Below, piece by piece: positions 31,337 through 39,855 of a stretch of DNA of 64,000 bases (its first letter is position 1; each line of letters opens with the position of its first letter). Source of the stretch: an uncultured Dehalococcoidia bacterium (GTDB lineage Bacteria > Chloroflexota > Dehalococcoidia > Dehalococcoidales > UBA1222); NCBI GenBank assembly GCA_903844845.1, contig CAIMVG010000009.1:8204-72203 (forward strand), given 5' to 3'. The translations under genes and the position numbers were made by a program. The notes under the pieces were generated by a model, which saw only the letters and a program-made list of their open reading frames with translations, searched no databases and was not told the origin of the DNA.

Positions 31337-32206
31337 TTATCGGCCCGGGCCCGCGGACCGCAGTGCCGCCTGAAATTCAGGATCTTTTTCGGCTTCTTGC
31401 TTCAGCTTCTCGAGGCCTGGCACCCTGGACATAGCCAGATACCCTTCCTGAAGCAGGGAATATACTAAAAACGGCATGCTGGAAAATACGCAATCGCTGG
31501 TGATTTTCTCAAAATACGGCATGTCTTTTTCGAATTGCATCTGGGCTTTGAGGTGAATAGCTTCGCGCTGGCGGGGGTGCCCAGCGCGGCACCACTCCGC
31601 AGGGGTGATCGCCACGATCCTGGCGCAGACATACGGCCTTACTTCATAAACAGCGCAGGCGTTATCCACTAAGAAAGGACAGGGAATATCCGCGGCTGCA
31701 TATGTGTCGCACTCCAGGTCGAATCGTTTTACCTCTTCTTCGGAGGCGTCGCCGGAAGAAATGCGGGCGTGCAGTTCATTCATGCGGCGAAATGAGCCTT
31801 CTATCCGTAGTATGCGCTCGTTCCAGCGGGGGAAGTTCTTGAGGAACTGCTTCATGGCCGATTCATTGTTATAGAGGTGATAGACAATGGCTTCGCATTC
31901 CTGCAGTGAGGCTACCACGAACATCTTGCAGCAATGAGAGCAGCCCTTTCCGCAGGAGATGGTTTTTCCCGTGTCCGCAGCTTCCTGCCTCAGCCTGTCC
32001 GCGACGGCGACAAGTGTGTTTATTTTAGAGGCCGAGTATTCCCTGCAGAATATTTCACGGCGCTTGCCAATGGTTCCCTTGTAGGCGGTCAGCCGGTTGA
32101 GGACGATGGGGTCGGGTTTAGGAGCCGGTTGAGCTTCAAGCCCGTGGCATTTCTTGTATTTTTTACCGCTGCCGCAGGGGCACTGGGCATTTCTATCGGG
32201 GTTCAA
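31337..32206 (-). CDS. SEC-C motif + YkgJ (CxxCxxCC) Fe-S/Zn protein
   Basis: RNAQCPCGSGKKYKKCH; CGKGCSHCC; CPFL...CAVYEVRPYVC; TTG start after AGGAGG. Confidence 0.85.
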   Translation of the reverse strand: MNPDRNAQCPCGSGKKYKKCHGLEAQPAPKPDPIVLNRLTAYKGTIGKRREIFCREYSASKINTLVAVADRLRQEAADTGKTISCGKGCSHCCKMFVVASLQECEAIVYHLYNNESAMKQFLKNFPRWNERILRIEGSFRRMNELHARISSGDASEEEVKRFDLECDTYAAADIPCPFLVDNACAVYEVRPYVCARIVAITPAEWCRAGHPRQREAIHLKAQMQFEKDMPYFEKITSDCVFSSMPFLVYSLLQEGYLAMSRVPGLEKLKQEAEKDPEFQAALRSAGPGR

Positions 32207-32219
32207 ATCAACCCTCCTG

Positions 32220-32651
32220 TCATAATCCTTCGAGGATGGATACTGCGTCCGCAACCAGCCCGGGGCAGACGCTGTTAGTCAGTTTCTGATCTTTTACGGA
32301 AGCCCTCCCTTCGGGGGTCCCCAGGTTGCAGCCGAGGAGTTCGCTGCAGCCGAGGAATCTGTGAAGCGCCTTGAAACGCCGGTTAAATTCCCCGACGAGC
32401 GCGAAAACCTTTTCCTTCTTTTCAACAGGAGTGAGACCTTCATAGGACCGGAGCCCCAGCACCATGTAGGCGCCCGCTACTGCGCCGCACACGCCGTCCG
32501 TGCGGCCCATCCCCGCACCGAAAGGCAGCGCGATTTTCAAAGCAGTCGATTTTTCCAATCCCAGTTCCTCGTTAAAAGCTGTCAGGACCGCCTGTGCACA
32601 ATTCATCTGCGATGAGGCGATTTTCTCGGCGGCTTCGTCGGCGCGGGTCAT
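32220..32651 (-). CDS. C-GCAxxG-C-C family redox protein
   Basis: NCAQAV, FGAGMG, VCGAVAG, CSELLG, C-terminal C. Confidence 0.88.
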   Translation of the reverse strand: MTRADEAAEKIASSQMNCAQAVLTAFNEELGLEKSTALKIALPFGAGMGRTDGVCGAVAGAYMVLGLRSYEGLTPVEKKEKVFALVGEFNRRFKALHRFLGCSELLGCNLGTPEGRASVKDQKLTNSVCPGLVADAVSILEGL

Positions 32652-33241
32652 CTCGCTATTTCCTTTTTTGACGCTCTGACCATTTTAAGAAAATACTCGT
32701 GGAGGCGCGTATCATGGCCGAGTTCCGGGTGGAATGCCAGTGCCAGCAGGTTGCCTTTACGGACCGCAACCACAGTACCGTCATCCAGACGGGCAAGTGT
32801 TTCCACTCCCGCACCCAGGTGCTTGATATATGGAGCGCGTATGAAAACCGCGTGAAACGGCTCACCCCCGATATCCGGGATGGCAAGGTCGGTTTCAAAG
32901 CTGTCCACCTGCCGGCCCGAGGCGTTGCGCCTGACTTCGATGTCCATCAGGCAAAGAGTCTGAAGGTCGCTTTCGGTGACTTTATTGGCGAGAAGAACCA
33001 TTCCAGCGCACGTACCCATTATCGGGATCCCCGCTTTCGCCATCTCCTGGAGGGGTTTTATCATATGGTAATGGCGGGCGAGTTTGAGGATCGCCGTGCT
33101 TTCGCCGCCCGGGATTATCAAGCCGTCGAGCCCCGTGAGTTCAGTCGTGGTGCGCACTTCAACCGCCTCGACACCCAGACTGCGCAGGGTGTGGAGATGC
33201 TCGATAAAAGCCCCCTGGAGTGCCAGAATTCCTATTTTCAT
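32648..33241 (-). CDS. pdxT: PLP synthase glutaminase subunit
   Basis: ILALQGAF.EH, PGGEST, GTCAGM, FIRAP, FHPEL. Confidence 0.95.
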   Translation of the reverse strand: MKIGILALQGAFIEHLHTLRSLGVEAVEVRTTTELTGLDGLIIPGGESTAILKLARHYHMIKPLQEMAKAGIPIMGTCAGMVLLANKVTESDLQTLCLMDIEVRRNASGRQVDSFETDLAIPDIGGEPFHAVFIRAPYIKHLGAGVETLARLDDGTVVAVRKGNLLALAFHPELGHDTRLHEYFLKMVRASKKEIAR

Positions 33242-33257
33242 ACCTGTCACCTGTAAT

Positions 33258-33290
33258 TAAGAGAGGGGCTTCTAGCCCCTCTCTTATTTT
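33258..33290. terminator. Intrinsic terminator-like hairpin after serA
   Basis: taagagaggggct/agcccctctctta. Confidence 0.7.
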
Positions 33291-33314
33291 ATTCAATTAT
33301 AGCAAAGAAATGGT

Positions 33315-34895
33315 TTATATTTTGACCACTTTGGCGGTTGTGACGTCCTTGAGCGCCAGGATTTCTTTGCGTTGAGCCTCGGGAAGGGGTTCGTCAAGAG
33401 CCAGTATCATCAGCGCCTCGCCACGAGCCTTAAGTCGCGAGAGGTGCATGTAGCTGATGTTGATATCGGCGTCGCCTGTAATCTTGCCCACGGCTCCGAT
33501 GAGGCCGGGCCGGTCACGGTGGTCGGAGAACAGGAAGTAGCCGCCCGTCGGAATGATATCTATCCAGAACTGGTTTACCTGGACGATATGCGTTTCGTCC
33601 CTCATCACCGAACCGGAAACGACGGTGGTGCCTTCGCTGGTGACCGCTTCCATGGTGATCAGGTTGGCGTAGTTGTCGCAGGTGGCCTGTTTTTCCTCAG
33701 TGACCTTGATGCCGCGCTTTGTGGCTTCTATGCTGGCGTTGACCATGTTGACACGCTCTTCAGTGAGCCTGCCGAGCAGAGAGCCGAGGAGAACTGCCTT
33801 GAGAGCATTGCTGTCGAATGCGGCGACCTCGCCCTGGTATTTGATGTGGATACTTTTAATCTGGCCTTCTCCGAGGTAGCTCAGGAGATTGCCGACCGAG
33901 TTCGCGAGCTTCATATAAGGGACCAGCACCGGCATGACCTCCGCCGATACGAGGGGGGCGTTGACGGCGTACTTGGCCGGCTGGCCGTTGAAAACGTCTA
34001 TGATCTGCTGTACCACTTCGGTGGCTGCCAGCGTCTGGGCTTCATTGGTGGAGGCACCCAGGTGGGGGGTGACGATTATCTTGCCGGAGCTGAAGAGGAC
34101 GCTCTTGGTGCAGGGTTCCTCGATGAATACGTCGATAGCGGCCCCGCCGAGCTTCGCTGCGTTGATGGCGGCAACCAGCGCTTCTTCATCTATAAGGCCG
34201 CCGCGGGCGGCGTTGATGATGCGGGCGGTGGGTTTCATCATGGCGAGCTGTTTGGCCCCTATCATGTTCTTGGTCGCTTCGATCAGGGGCACGTGCAGGG
34301 TGATGAAATCAGCTTCTTTCCAGATCTCTTCGAGCGTCTTGATCTCGACGTTCATCTTTTTAGCGCGTTCTGCGGTGACGAAGGGGTCGTAGCCTATGAG
34401 TTTCATTTCGAGGCCCTGGGCGCGGCGGGCGACTTCACTTCCGACATTGCCAAGGCCGACGATGCCCAGGGTCTTGCCGCGGACTTCTGTCCCCATGAAC
34501 TCATTGCGTTTCCATTCGCCATTTTTGAGGGAGGCGTTGGCCTGGGGGATGTTGCGGGCAAGGGACATCATCAGGGCAACGGCATGTTCCGCGGCCGAGA
34601 TGGTGTTACCCGTGGGTGCGTTGACGACGATGATGCCGTGCCTGGTGGCTGCCTGGGTGTCGATGTTGTCCACGCCCACACCGGCGCGGCCGATGACGAT
34701 GAGTTTAACACCGGCCTCGATGATGTCGGCCGTAACGCGCGTTTGGCTTCGTACCACCAGCGCTTCATAGCCGCCTATTATGGCTTTCAGTTCTTCGGGT
34801 TTCAGCTTGGTATTTACGTCTACATTGGCATACTGCTTGAGTATGTCGACGCCTTCCTGTGCCAAGGGGTCAGCAACAAGTACGTTCATCTTCAT
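33315..34895 (-). CDS. serA: D-3-phosphoglycerate dehydrogenase (with ASB and ACT domains)
   Basis: RAGVGVDNID, GLGNVG, NAARGG, TPHLGAST, DRPGLIG. Confidence 0.95.
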   Translation of the reverse strand: MKMNVLVADPLAQEGVDILKQYANVDVNTKLKPEELKAIIGGYEALVVRSQTRVTADIIEAGVKLIVIGRAGVGVDNIDTQAATRHGIIVVNAPTGNTISAAEHAVALMMSLARNIPQANASLKNGEWKRNEFMGTEVRGKTLGIVGLGNVGSEVARRAQGLEMKLIGYDPFVTAERAKKMNVEIKTLEEIWKEADFITLHVPLIEATKNMIGAKQLAMMKPTARIINAARGGLIDEEALVAAINAAKLGGAAIDVFIEEPCTKSVLFSSGKIIVTPHLGASTNEAQTLAATEVVQQIIDVFNGQPAKYAVNAPLVSAEVMPVLVPYMKLANSVGNLLSYLGEGQIKSIHIKYQGEVAAFDSNALKAVLLGSLLGRLTEERVNMVNASIEATKRGIKVTEEKQATCDNYANLITMEAVTSEGTTVVSGSVMRDETHIVQVNQFWIDIIPTGGYFLFSDHRDRPGLIGAVGKITGDADINISYMHLSRLKARGEALMILALDEPLPEAQRKEILALKDVTTAKVVKI

Positions 34896-34896
34896 A

Positions 34897-35991
34897 TCAG
34901 GCCTTCTTAAAACCGGCCTTGGGCAGTGCGGTCTTGAGGGCGTCGAGAACGGCTTTGATGTCTTTCTCGTTGACCCAGCCCAGGTGCCCGATGCGGAATA
35001 TCTTGCCTTCCAGCTCCATCTGGCCGCCGGAAAGGACTATATCGTATTCGTCGCGCATGACTTTGTTGAGCAATTTAGCGTCCAGCCCGTCAGTACCGAG
35101 AATCGCGGTGACGGTGTCCGACGCATGTGCTTCGTCCGCGAAGAGTTTCAAGCCGAGTGCTTTGACTCCGTCGCGTGTCATCTTGCCCAACTTGTGATGG
35201 CGAGCCTGAATATTGGGAAGGCCCTCCTTCAACATCATATCGAGTGCCACGTTCAGGGCGAAAACGATGGAAACAGCCGGAGTCCAGGGTGTCTGGCCGC
35301 CTTTTTCAAAGTATTTCTTGGCTTTGCCGAAATCCCAGTAGAAGCGCGGAATCTTGGCTGCCGCATTGGCTTTCCAGCCCTTTTCCGATATGGCCACCAT
35401 GGCCATGCCAGGAGGGACCATCCAGCTTTTTTGTGAACCGGTGACCATGACGTCCACGCCCCATTCGTCTACGGGAAGTTCTATCGAGCCGATGCTGGAA
35501 ATGGCGTCGACGATGAAAAGCTTATCATAAGGCTTTACGGTTTGTGCGATAGTCGTGAGATCGTTGGTTACGCCGGTCGACGTCTCATTATGGGTGACCA
35601 TAACAGCCTTGATCGCAGGGTCTTTGTCGAGAGCAGCTTTGATGAGTTTCGTATCGGCGGCTTTGCCCCACTCGGATTTGATTACAGTAACGTCGGCGCC
35701 GTATGTCCTGGCGATAGTAGCCAGCCGGTCGCCGAAAACACCAATGGAAACGGCTAAGACTTTGTCACCCGGCGAGAAGGAGTTCACGACGGCGGCTTCA
35801 AGACCCCCGGTGCCCGAACCCGTAAGCAGGAACACGTCATTTTTAGTAAGGAACAGTTTTTTAAGCTTGTCGGTGACATCCAGGACCATTCTCTGGAATT
35901 CCGCCCCGCGGTGATTTATCATCTGGCGACCCATCGCTTCCAGAACTTCGGGAGGGCAGGGCGTCGGGCCCGGGATTCTCAGGTTCGTCAT
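34897..35991 (-). CDS. Class V aminotransferase (serine-pyruvate/phosphoserine aminotransferase-like)
   Basis: IPGPTP, GSGTGG, HNETSTG, VDAISS, GSQK, FRIGHLG; coupled to serA. Confidence 0.9.
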   Translation of the reverse strand: MTNLRIPGPTPCPPEVLEAMGRQMINHRGAEFQRMVLDVTDKLKKLFLTKNDVFLLTGSGTGGLEAAVVNSFSPGDKVLAVSIGVFGDRLATIARTYGADVTVIKSEWGKAADTKLIKAALDKDPAIKAVMVTHNETSTGVTNDLTTIAQTVKPYDKLFIVDAISSIGSIELPVDEWGVDVMVTGSQKSWMVPPGMAMVAISEKGWKANAAAKIPRFYWDFGKAKKYFEKGGQTPWTPAVSIVFALNVALDMMLKEGLPNIQARHHKLGKMTRDGVKALGLKLFADEAHASDTVTAILGTDGLDAKLLNKVMRDEYDIVLSGGQMELEGKIFRIGHLGWVNEKDIKAVLDALKTALPKAGFKKA

Positions 35992-36120
35992 ATAATCTCT
36001 CCTTCAAAGCTATAATCTTGTCTGAGATTTCAGATTATATCTCAATACCTGCTAAATAGACAACTGGAAGAGGGCTTCGAAATGATTCGTTGTTGTACAC
36101 TTTTCCGCCAAAATAAGAGA

Positions 36121-36143
36121 GGCCGAGGTCATTGACCTCGGCC
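36121..36143 (-). terminator. Hairpin downstream of the SPFH gene
   Basis: ggccgaggtca/tgacctcggcc. Confidence 0.5.
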
Positions 36144-36168
36144 CGTTACTTCATAGCGTTGTGACAGC

Positions 36169-36996
36169 CTAGGGGTTGACGACTATGCCGCCAGAAAAGC
36201 CAGTGTTGGGAACGATGATTATCTTGTCGTTGGGGCCGATCTTCCCATAGAGCATTGCAGCGAGGATTTCGGGCGACAGCGACTGGGCAACGATCTGGTT
36301 GGCCTGGGCCTGGCCCTGCGCGGCCGCGATTGCAGCATTGGCCTGCCCGGTAGCTACCACAACGGCCTGTTCGGCTTCAACCCGCATGCGCTCCAGCGTG
36401 TTTTGGGCAGTTTCGATTTGCTGCTGCGCGACGACTTTGGCTTCGATGGCTGCTGTAAACTCGGGGCTGAACTGGAAATCGGTGATGTTTACAGATTCTG
36501 TGATGATGCCTCTTATACTCAGTCTGGCCACGAGGGCATTGGTTATCGCGTCTTTAACTTGTGCACGGTTTGTGATGCATTCTTCTGCATTGTACTTTGC
36601 GGTAATCTCTTTTACAGTTTCCTGGATGGCGGGGTGGGCGATAACTTCCATATAATCCGGTCCTATGTTCCTGTAAACCGTGCTGGCTTCTGTCGTATCC
36701 AGCTTGAAGTTTATGGCGATATTCGTGGTGACGTTCTGGAGGTCTTTGGAGGCCGCGGTCAAGCCGTCAGCAGTGTATTTTTGAGTACGGATGTCCATCT
36801 TGACTATGCTTTGCACGAACGGAATCTTGACATGCAGCCCCTGCTGCATGGTGGTCCCTGTGACCGCACCGAACTGTATCACTATTCCCTCGCTGCCGGC
36901 AGGGATAACCACTATGGAGCTGACCACCAGCAGGAAACCCAATAATAGTACCACTGCCCATACAATCCATGATTTTTTCATTACGCTATTTAACAT
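36169..36996 (-). CDS. Prohibitin/SPFH (band 7) family protein
   Basis: N-terminal TM, GLHVKIPF, SKDLQ, FSPEFTAAIEAKVVAQQ. Confidence 0.92.
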   Translation of the reverse strand: MLNSVMKKSWIVWAVVLLLGFLLVVSSIVVIPAGSEGIVIQFGAVTGTTMQQGLHVKIPFVQSIVKMDIRTQKYTADGLTAASKDLQNVTTNIAINFKLDTTEASTVYRNIGPDYMEVIAHPAIQETVKEITAKYNAEECITNRAQVKDAITNALVARLSIRGIITESVNITDFQFSPEFTAAIEAKVVAQQQIETAQNTLERMRVEAEQAVVVATGQANAAIAAAQGQAQANQIVAQSLSPEILAAMLYGKIGPNDKIIIVPNTGFSGGIVVNP

Positions 36997-37023
36997 AAAT
37001 ACCTCCTTTTTCTATATTATTTA

Positions 37024-37222
37024 CTGGCAGCGTGTTGGTGGCGAACGAACCGAATGCCGGGTGGGTTTGGGAGGCTCTCGGGTCAATCCTGCAACTTAAC
37101 GGGGTCACATTAAATCAGGTTTGGAAAAACCTTATCCCTGTCCCGTCAATGCAAAGAAGCGTGACCCTGCCTTGCCGGAGGATGGCCGCCGGTTCGAAGG
37201 CCGAAATGACAGGCGGGAATGG
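37024..37222 (+). ncRNA. Candidate structured ncRNA (6S RNA-like size and long-range pairing)
   Basis: Nested pairings 37046-52/37190-96 and 37102-08/37161-67; GGAA-tetraloop hairpin 37117-32; upstream TTAACA-N17-TATATT (36990-37018). Confidence 0.4.
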
Positions 37223-37229
37223 TGGATAG

Positions 37230-38417
37230 CTACTCTGCGACCAGCCTGAGGAAACGCCGTTTACCGACTTTAAGCACCACTCCGCTGCGAACTTCGCAAT
37301 TGGCGGCTTCCAGCCTCACCCCGTCTAGTTCAACCCCTCCCTGTTCGATAAGGCGCGAGCCCTCGCCTTTGCTCTTAACCAGCCCTGCGTCCAGCATCAC
37401 CTGGGGGATGGACAACATCCCGCAGGTGACTTTGAAATCGACTATTTCACCCGGGGCTTCCTTGTTTTGCACCACCCTGACAAAGGAGTCTTCCGCTTCC
37501 TGTGCGGTTGCTTTGTCGTAAAGCTGGGTGACTATTTCTCTCCCGAGCCTCTTCTTCAACGGCATGGGGTTAGCCCCGTTTTCGATCTCTTTGCAAAGGC
37601 CCAAGAGTTCGGCGTCGGGGATATCGGTTACCAACATGAAATAAGAGAGAATCAGGTTGTCCGGGATTGACATAACTTTGCCATATATCTGCGCCGGGGG
37701 TTCGGCAACCCCGATGTAATTCCCGAGGCTTTTGCTCATCTTGTGAGTGCCGTCCGTACCGACCAGCAGAGGGGTCATCAGCACCTGCTGGGGCCATTGG
37801 CCCATGGCGGTCTGGAGCTCTCGCCCTACCAGGAGGTTGAACTTCTGGTCCGTTCCGCCGAATTCCATGTCGGATTGGACCATAACCGAGTCATACGCCT
37901 GTAAAAGGGGATAAAGGAGCTCTGTGAGGGTGATGGGGCGGCCGGCGGCGTAACGCTTGCTGAAGTCTTCCCTGGCGAGGAACTGGGCGATGGTGAAGCG
38001 GCTTGTGAGTTTAAGGACATCCGCAAGCGAGAACTTGCCGAACCATTCGGTTTGCCAGCGGACCTCTGTGCGTTCTTTGTCCACTATTTTAAAGAATTGC
38101 TGCATATATGTCTCGGCGTTTTCCTTAACCTGGTTGTGAGTGAGCATCGGGCGAGTGACGCTGACGCCGGTGGGGTCGCCGATCTGGGCTGTCCAATCCC
38201 CGACGATGAGCACCACCTGGTGCCCGAGGTCCTGGAACTGGCGCAGTTTGCGCAGCCCAACCATGTGTCCAAGGTGGATATCCGGCGATGAAGGGTCAAA
38301 CCCTTCTTTAAGCCGCAGGACGTCGCCCTTTTTAAGGCGCGCTATGAGGTCGTCCTTAACTATAATCTCGGCCACGCCGCGGTTTAAAAGGCGATTGAAA
38401 TCTATATTTTGCTGCAT
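37230..38417 (-). CDS. tyrS: Tyrosine--tRNA ligase
   Basis: GFDPSSPDIHLGH, YPLLQAYD, GGTDQKFN, KMSKS, C-terminal S4 domain. Confidence 0.97.
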   Translation of the reverse strand: MQQNIDFNRLLNRGVAEIIVKDDLIARLKKGDVLRLKEGFDPSSPDIHLGHMVGLRKLRQFQDLGHQVVLIVGDWTAQIGDPTGVSVTRPMLTHNQVKENAETYMQQFFKIVDKERTEVRWQTEWFGKFSLADVLKLTSRFTIAQFLAREDFSKRYAAGRPITLTELLYPLLQAYDSVMVQSDMEFGGTDQKFNLLVGRELQTAMGQWPQQVLMTPLLVGTDGTHKMSKSLGNYIGVAEPPAQIYGKVMSIPDNLILSYFMLVTDIPDAELLGLCKEIENGANPMPLKKRLGREIVTQLYDKATAQEAEDSFVRVVQNKEAPGEIVDFKVTCGMLSIPQVMLDAGLVKSKGEGSRLIEQGGVELDGVRLEAANCEVRSGVVLKVGKRRFLRLVAE

Positions 38418-38449
38418 TTTGTTACTCCGATTAAAGAATCCCTTAGGCC

Positions 38450-39379
38450 TTAACTGCAGGCACTCGCCTTTTCCCTGACTATCTGAATATCTTTTTCTAT
38501 CTGTGCTATGAGCGATTCGGCGTCGTTGAACTTCTGTTCACCGCGGATGCGCTCTATTATATCAATCTTGAAGTCCCGGCGGTAAAGGTCGCCTTTGAAA
38601 TCTATCACGTGAACTTCCAGTATGCGTTCAACACCGTCAAAGGTTGGACGTCGGCCGATGAATACGGCCGCGAGGTATGACGTGCCTTCCACGATGGTTT
38701 TGGCCGCATATACCCCATCCAGCGGGAGGGCTTGTACAGGGTCTAGGTCGAGGTTAGCCGTTGGAAAGCCGAGCCTGGTTCCGCGCCCTTCCCCCTCGAT
38801 GACCCTGCCTTCAAGACTGAAACACCTTCCCAGCATGGCGTTGGCCCTCGCGATGTCTCCGTCCGCCAGCGCTTTGCGAATCTCCGTGCTGGAGATGATG
38901 GCTTCTCCATATTTTATTGGGCCCAGGACTTCAGTACTGAACCCGAGTTTAGTACCCAGGTCGTGCAGGGTTTCGAGCGAGCCTTCGCGGTGGTGTCCGA
39001 GTGCGAAATCCCACCCGAGTATCATACCTTTCATCTTGAGATAGTGCTGTAAAAGTAGCACGAATGGCTGGGCTCCGAGGTCAGCGAGTTCTTTTGAAAA
39101 CGTTAGAGTGACCACGATGTCGACGCCCGTTGATTTGATGAGACGGATCCGCTCGGTAAGGCTGGTGAGGGATGGGATGGTTTCGCCGGGTTCCAATAGA
39201 GCCATGGGGTGCCTTTTAAACGTGACTACTGCGCTGAGTAACTTTTTAGCGCGTGCCTGTGCCACAAGCTCCCGCAACAGGGTCTGATGCCCGGCGTGCA
39301 GGCCGTCGAAAACCCCTATCGAAACAAGCGTTTCCTTGGTCGGGGTAAGGCCGCTGAGTTCTTTTTCCAATGTCGTCAT
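38450..39379 (-). CDS. ribF: Bifunctional riboflavin kinase/FAD synthetase
   Basis: IGVFDGLHAGHQ, ISSTEIR, LGFPTAN, LEVH. Confidence 0.96.
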   Translation of the reverse strand: MTTLEKELSGLTPTKETLVSIGVFDGLHAGHQTLLRELVAQARAKKLLSAVVTFKRHPMALLEPGETIPSLTSLTERIRLIKSTGVDIVVTLTFSKELADLGAQPFVLLLQHYLKMKGMILGWDFALGHHREGSLETLHDLGTKLGFSTEVLGPIKYGEAIISSTEIRKALADGDIARANAMLGRCFSLEGRVIEGEGRGTRLGFPTANLDLDPVQALPLDGVYAAKTIVEGTSYLAAVFIGRRPTFDGVERILEVHVIDFKGDLYRRDFKIDIIERIRGEQKFNDAESLIAQIEKDIQIVREKASACS

Positions 39380-39701
39380 CTTGTGGTCCTAGTATCCTAA
39401 TTTATAGAGTTCGATTTTTGGTAAATGGCGATTATTATAGCCCCGTTATATATTAAGAGTAAAGAATTTGCCAAACTTGTTTCTATAACCCGCGGGTTAA
39501 TCCGCGGTTTGGCGATGCCCGGATGATTTTTAAAACATGCCTGTTACCGAAAGTAGCGCCCTTTCCGGTAAAATGTTATAATGCATATACATAAAGGTAT
39601 TAAACCACAAAAACGGGCTAGAAAGGGCTAGCCCATCCACCACAAAATAAACGACCCCATCTCAGCCGAACGTTGTATTTCCGTCCGGGAGCGAAGCTTT
39701 G

Positions 39702-39730
39702 TTGACAAACATTAATTGTTATGGTATGAT
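39702..39730 (+). promoter_or_regulatory. Sigma70 promoter of rpoBC
   Basis: TTGACA 39702-07, 17 nt, TGn-TATGAT 39725-30. Confidence 0.7.
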
Positions 39731-39855
39731 TCTAGTTTGCTTATGACTTCTGTCTATTCGTCTTTTCATTTTCATTTTCCGCACACAGTTATTTGGTTGT
39801 AAAACCACGGCCAAAAATTGGCCATTTTCCCCCGCAGGTCTATTTTAAGGAGTGA

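Noticed and set aside
33372-34910. 512-aa ORF antisense to serA (also 4420-5364, 8569-9486, 16904-17710, 60653-62542)
   Set aside because: Shadow ORFs on the opposite strand of well-supported genes, typical of GC-rich codon usage
37110-37140. TCAGG-TTT-GGAA resembling SRP RNA helix 8
   Set aside because: Lacks the AGCAG half of the conserved SRP internal loop
38418-38449. T-box leader for tyrS
   Set aside because: Only 32 nt separate ribF and tyrS, leaving no room for a T-box
39380-39855. rpoB not preceded by rplJL, and palindrome TAACCCGCGGGTTA at 39487-39500
   Set aside because: The stand-alone rpoBC arrangement appears lineage-typical; a single palindrome has no supporting context
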